Shown here: in pieces, positions 56,988 to 60,790 of the stretch | How positions within the stretch are numbered: position 1 is the stretch's first letter | How the letters are laid out: every line of letters begins with the position of its first letter | Assembly: GCA_016210845.1 (NCBI GenBank) | Contig: JACQTK010000209.1 | Location: forward strand, 1 to 60,790 | Direction of reading: 5' to 3' | From: Acidobacteriota bacterium | GTDB taxonomy: Bacteria; Acidobacteriota; Vicinamibacteria; Vicinamibacterales; UBA2999 | Length of the DNA: 60,790 nt | The notes under the pieces: generated by a model | Seen by the model: the letters and a program-made list of their open reading frames with translations, nothing else | Told to the model about the DNA's origin: nothing | Database searches by the model: none | Program-made: the position numbers and the translations under genes

Positions 56988-57575
56988 ATGGTCCGAACAG
57001 TCCTGTTTGGCGCGATCGTGGTCGTGTTCGGCGCCATCGGCGCGCGGAGCGCGCCCAAGCCAATGCTGCCAACCGGCCAAGGGGATTCGGCCGGGATATC
57101 GAGGGACAACCCCTTGGCCGGTTCGATCGCGGCGCCCGATCCCGGCCCCGCTCTGGCCGGCATGTACGAGTGCTCGGGCGTCAATCCCGACGGTACCTCG
57201 TATGAGGGTGTCGTCGAGATCGCGAAGCTCGAAGACACGTATCGCGTCCTGTGGACGCTGAGCGACAACACGGCCGTCATGGGCGTCGGGATCTTCAGCG
57301 GCGGGGTGTTCGCGGTGAGCTACTTCGGCGGCGCCCCGGCCATCGTGGTCTACACGATCGACGGTTCTCGTCTGGTCGGCGAATGGACCATGGGTGGAAG
57401 AGAAGGGGCCGTGTACTCCAAGACGCTCACGAGAGTGTCGTCGCAGCCCCGGCAGCGCAGGCCGGCGGGCAGCGACCCCGCGTCCACGGTGCGCCGGATC
57501 GTGCGTTGGACCGCTATATGGCCCCTTGCGAGAATCTTGGATTCCTCTGACTACCCCTTCCAGATCCCGAGCTGA
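56988..57575 (+). CDS. secreted hypothetical protein
   Basis: ORF 56262..57575 trimmed to ATG 56988, with GGGAGG upstream. Has a signal/anchor MVRTVLFGAIVVVFGAIGA followed by a beta-rich domain (YECSGVNPDGTSYEGVVEI...YRVLW). The last 25 nt overlap the convergent DinB gene. Confidence 0.6.
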   Translation: MVRTVLFGAIVVVFGAIGARSAPKPMLPTGQGDSAGISRDNPLAGSIAAPDPGPALAGMYECSGVNPDGTSYEGVVEIAKLEDTYRVLWTLSDNTAVMGVGIFSGGVFAVSYFGGAPAIVVYTIDGSRLVGEWTMGGREGAVYSKTLTRVSSQPRQRRPAGSDPASTVRRIVRWTAIWPLARILDSSDYPFQIPS

Positions 57576-58045
57576 CGACGCACCGCGACGAGCTGGCCCA
57601 GATGGTAGGCGTTGTGGTCCGCCACCAGGAGGATCTCGCGCAGGTACGTCTGCCCGGTTCCGTGCGGGATCTTGGCGAACAGATCGAGAGCGGGGTCGGC
57701 GGTGAGCTGCGTGAGCGCCTCACGATCGCGACGGAAGGCGCTCACGCTCTCCTCCCACGCCTTCGCGCTCGGCGGCGCCGGGCTCTTCGGCCAGTACTCG
57801 TCGGGCCACGCCATCTCCGTGTAGGCGGGATTGCGGCAGAAGTCGAGGATGTCGTGCTGGGCGATCCGCATGTGCTCCAGCAGCTCCCAGGCCGAGTACG
57901 GCAATCCGTCGGGCCGCACGCCCTGGTGACTCGGCGCGATGCCCTTCACCGCCGCGTCGAAGTCGACGTGCGCGTCGTGCCAGTCGAGCACCTTCACCAG
58001 ATGGGCGCGAAGTGAATCGTGGGATTTCATTGAGCGTTCGGTCAT
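57551..58045 (-). CDS. DinB family protein
   Basis: ORF 57551..58186 trimmed to ATG 58045, which overlaps the amidase stop as ATGA. 164 aa with histidines in a DinB-like helical-bundle pattern (ELLEHM..AQHDIL, DHNAYHLGQL). Confidence 0.88.
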   Translation of the reverse strand: MTERSMKSHDSLRAHLVKVLDWHDAHVDFDAAVKGIAPSHQGVRPDGLPYSAWELLEHMRIAQHDILDFCRNPAYTEMAWPDEYWPKSPAPPSAKAWEESVSAFRRDREALTQLTADPALDLFAKIPHGTGQTYLREILLVADHNAYHLGQLVAVRRQLGIWKG

Positions 58046-59328
58046 CCGAGCATACCCTCCAGCCGAACGGCGGTGCGAATGACTCTCGCATCCTGCCCAT
58101 GGTCCGCGGTGAGCTGAAGTCCCAGCGGCAGCCCGCCTGACACTGGGATCGGGATCGAGATGGCCGGGGTGCCCAGGGCCGTCCACGGCGCATTCATCCG
58201 GGCATCGCCCGTCGAGGCCACGCCGGACGGCGCAGGGCCGGTGGCCGCGGGCACCAGGATGACCGGCGTCGCCTTGTACAACTCCGCCACGCGAACTTTC
58301 GACTCCGCGATGAAGCGCCGGGCCTCGTCGTACCGCGCAGGCGGAATCTCGAGGCCCTCTCGCACCAGGTCTGCGAGATCCGGCCCCACCTGGGACCCGA
58401 ACTCCCTGAAGCGCTGCTCGTGGAAGCGGGCGGCCTCATAGAACATCACCGTATTCGACGCCTCGTCCAGTCTCGCGTGCATGGCGGCAACGTCGACGGA
58501 GCGGATCGAGGCGCCTCCGCTGCGCAGCGCGGAAACGATGTTCCTGAAGGCGTCGGCCATCGCAGGCTCGACCTCGGGCACCGGTTCAGGTACGCCGAGG
58601 ACGACGTCTTCTGCCCGGCCTGTCGGGTGGCCCAGTGCTACCCACAACCGCAGCGTGTCGGCTGCCGTATGGGTGAAGAACCCGAGCGTGTCCAGGCTCG
58701 TGGCGAACGGGAGCACGCCCTCCAGCGGAAGAAGGCCGAAGCTGGCCTTGAAGCCGGTCACGCCGCAATACGACGCCGGCCGCAGCACCGACCCTCTGGT
58801 CTGGGTGCCGAGCGCGAACGGAACCATCCCCGCCGCGACGGCCGCTGCCGATCCACTGGAGCTGCCGCCCGGCGTGTGCTCCAGGTTGCGCGGATTTCGC
58901 GTCGGCGCAGGCGTTTTGTACGCGAAGGCCGTTGTGTGGGTCTTTCCCATCAGGATGGCGCCACGCTGTCGCAGCTCGCGAACGATGGCGGCGTCGGCTG
59001 TGCCGATCCGCCCCCTGTGGATGGGCGAGCCGTACTCGGTCGACAGCCCACGCGTCTCGATGATGTCCTTGGCGCCGAACGGAATCTCGGAGAGCGGTCC
59101 GCTGCCGGTCGGCCGCTGCGGCGATACCTGCACCCACGCGTGAACGGACGGATCGAGGGATTGGATCCGATCGAGACACAACTGCAGTGCCCGCTGACGC
59201 TCAGGCAGAGAAGCGTTCAGCCACTGGCTGAGCGTCACCAGACGTGGTTCCTGCGCAGCTATCCCTGCGGACACAGCGACGCCTCCAGTCAGGAGGAACG
59301 TCCGGCGATCAATCGCAGGGAGCACCAT
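58042..59328 (-). CDS. amidase (amidase-signature family) with Tat signal
   Basis: 428 aa. Has a twin-arginine N-terminus DRRTFLLTGG and the GGSSSGSAAAVAAG signature. Confidence 0.9.
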   Translation of the reverse strand: MVLPAIDRRTFLLTGGVAVSAGIAAQEPRLVTLSQWLNASLPERQRALQLCLDRIQSLDPSVHAWVQVSPQRPTGSGPLSEIPFGAKDIIETRGLSTEYGSPIHRGRIGTADAAIVRELRQRGAILMGKTHTTAFAYKTPAPTRNPRNLEHTPGGSSSGSAAAVAAGMVPFALGTQTRGSVLRPASYCGVTGFKASFGLLPLEGVLPFATSLDTLGFFTHTAADTLRLWVALGHPTGRAEDVVLGVPEPVPEVEPAMADAFRNIVSALRSGGASIRSVDVAAMHARLDEASNTVMFYEAARFHEQRFREFGSQVGPDLADLVREGLEIPPARYDEARRFIAESKVRVAELYKATPVILVPAATGPAPSGVASTGDARMNAPWTALGTPAISIPIPVSGGLPLGLQLTADHGQDARVIRTAVRLEGMLG

Positions 59329-59334
59329 CGGTGC

Positions 59335-59769
59335 TCACGTGAGCACGGGCGCTTCGGTGTAGACTCGCGCGCCAACCACGGCCGCGAGGATGAGCTCGGC
59401 GAGGCCCCAGATGAGACCGACGAGCAGCGGCGGTGCCGGCAGCAGGCCGATGACGCCCATGTTGAGCGAGGCGGTGAAGTAGGCGAGGAACCAGGCCACC
59501 AGGCCCGCCACGGCCGCTGTCTTTGGCCCCGCCCCGAAACGCGGCCGGATGGCCGCGTAAAGCCACACCAGGGCGATGCCCAGCGCGAATCCATACAGCA
59601 GGAACACGGCAATCGCGCCGCCGCCGATCGGCGCCAGGTTGTGGTCGCTCATGGCCGCCGCTATCTGGGCTCCGAGCACCGGCTCGTTGAGCACGTACTC
59701 GCTGACGTTGATCACGAGACCCGCCGCCAGGCCGCCGAGGATGACTCCACGAGTGTTGATGGTCGCCAC
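59335..59769 (-). CDS. hypothetical membrane protein (about 4 TM segments)
   Basis: ORF 59335..59934 trimmed to GTG 59769 (VATINTRGVILGG), with GGAG-rich sequence upstream. Hydrophobic throughout. No family recognised. Confidence 0.55.
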   Translation of the reverse strand: MATINTRGVILGGLAAGLVINVSEYVLNEPVLGAQIAAAMSDHNLAPIGGGAIAVFLLYGFALGIALVWLYAAIRPRFGAGPKTAAVAGLVAWFLAYFTASLNMGVIGLLPAPPLLVGLIWGLAELILAAVVGARVYTEAPVLT

Positions 59770-59917
59770 AGCAAGCTCCCTTCTCCGGCGACGCGGGCGC
59801 GCCGCCAGCCGTCTGACGGATTGAGCCCGGAGTCCGGAACTCCGCGCTGAGGAATGGGTGTCTGAGAGCGCCGGCGCGAATTGTGCCAGAAAGGCGTCGG
59901 GCCTTGTCAATCGGATT

Positions 59918-60790
59918 TCACTCGAGGTTCGCAATCTCCTGATACAGGTACGCCGACGCGATGATCCCGTTGTGGAAGTTGCCGAGGTCGAGCTTCTCGT
60001 CCGGCGCGTGCGCGTTCTCGTCGGGCAGCCCCACGCCGAAGAGCACGCTCGGCAGCCCCAGCTCCTCCTGGAACGTCGACACCACGGGGATCGATCCGCC
60101 CTCGCGGTTGAACACCGGCGCCTGGCCGAACCCCTGCTGAATGGCCCGGCCGGCCGCGCGCACGTACTTGTTGTCGAACGCCGTCATCCACGGCTTGCCG
60201 CCGTGCATGCGCGTGATCTTCAGCTCCACGGTCTTGGGGCAGATCTTCTTCACATAGGCTTCGAAGAGCTCCGCGATTCTGTTCGGGTCCTGGTCTGGCA
60301 CGAGTCGCATGCTGACCTTGGCCATCGACACCGCCGGCAGCACGGTCTTGGCGCCCTCGCCGGTAAATCCTGACAGCAGCCCGTTCACCTCGAAGGTCGG
60401 CCGCGCCCACACTCGCTCGAGCGTCGAGTAGCCCTTCTCGCCGAACAGCCGCGGCGCCTCCAGCTCCTTGCGGTACTTCGTCTCGTTGAACGGCAGCTTC
60501 TTCCACTCCGCCCGCTCCGCCTCGCTGAGCGGCCGCACATCGTCGTAGAAGCCCGGAATCTTGATGCGGCCGCCGCGGTCCTTCATCTGCGAGAGCACCT
60601 GGGCGAGGACGAACGCGGGATTGGCCACCGCTCCACCGAACGAGCCGGAGTGCAGGTCGCTCTTGGAGCCCCGCAGGTCGATCTGGAAGTACACGAGGCC
60701 GCGCAGCCCGTAGCAGATCGACGGGATGCCGCGATCGAACATCGGCGAATCCGAGATCACGACGACGTCCGCTTCGAGCAGGTCCTTGTG
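59918..60790 (-). CDS. M20 family metallopeptidase / dipeptidase (5'-partial, continues beyond the window)
   Basis: The frame is open to the window edge. Contains SGSFGG.V.NP and the C-terminal HAPDEKL...L of M20 dipeptidases. Confidence 0.88.
   Translation of the reverse strand, partial: HKDLLEADVVVISDSPMFDRGIPSICYGLRGLVYFQIDLRGSKSDLHSGSFGGAVANPAFVLAQVLSQMKDRGGRIKIPGFYDDVRPLSEAERAEWKKLPFNETKYRKELEAPRLFGEKGYSTLERVWARPTFEVNGLLSGFTGEGAKTVLPAVSMAKVSMRLVPDQDPNRIAELFEAYVKKICPKTVELKITRMHGGKPWMTAFDNKYVRAAGRAIQQGFGQAPVFNREGGSIPVVSTFQEELGLPSVLFGVGLPDENAHAPDEKLDLGNFHNGIIASAYLYQEIANLE

Overview
This is a very GC-rich bacterial chromosomal window with diderm-type gene content. The repeat families and gene order remind me of Acidobacteriota, but that is inference only.

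Layout:
- (i) 304-4756: ADP-ribosylglycohydrolase, pgeF, acpS, a small SpoVG-like ORF and a large radical SAM gene.
- (ii) 4866-21968, minus strand: a complete dcw cluster, mraZ-rsmH-ftsL-ftsI-murE-murF-mraY-murD-ftsW-murG-murC-ftsQ-ftsA-ftsZ. It has no ddl or murB. Upstream sit a sigma70-like promoter and GTGGA direct repeats at 10-bp phasing (candidate MraZ boxes).
- (iii) 22148-35990, plus strand: ychF, then a lipid-linked-sugar/glycan cluster (GT4, three GT2 polyprenyl-phosphate glycosyltransferase-like genes, two SDR enzymes, a DegT aminotransferase, a secreted Pro-rich protein, a GNAT). These are followed by a yqeY-like gene, murJ, an MFS transporter and a rhomboid protease.
- (iv) 36201-42709: doxX-cupin pair, fused E1 alpha/beta dehydrogenase, NHL-type propeller, ABC-2 exporter and a small secreted protein.
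- (v) 42755-47536: an accessory-looking island with a minimal nucleotidyltransferase coupled to a PRX_like1 thioredoxin-fold gene, an AAA/DUF234 ATPase, a CarboxypepD_reg protein, an AbrB-Doc toxin-antitoxin pair and a relic of an outer-membrane-protein gene.
- (vi) 47592-54665: fadN-like, fadA-like and fadE-like beta-oxidation genes, interrupted by two hydrolase genes.
- (vii) 54670-60790: DUF1684 lipoprotein, HAD hydrolase, SirB1-like protein, a secreted protein, and a DinB / Tat-amidase / membrane protein / M20 peptidase operon.

I saw no rRNA, tRNA, CRISPR array, transposase or integrase.

The strongest signal not explained by genes is a dense population of GC-rich palindromic (REP/MITE-like) elements in at least seven sequence families:
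- They fill most intergenic spacers, including a 579-bp hairpin-rich block that splits ftsW from murD.
- They supply the C-terminal codons of several proteins.
- One is expanded into a 24-nt tandem array.
- One mosaic element sits in-frame inside a hydrolase gene.

I found no clear-cut new multi-gene system. The best candidates are the repeat/hairpin elements, the nucleotidyltransferase/PRX-like/ATPase island and the Arn-like glycan cluster.

All functional calls are by-eye motif recognition without database searches. Coordinates of non-CDS features may be off by a few nt.
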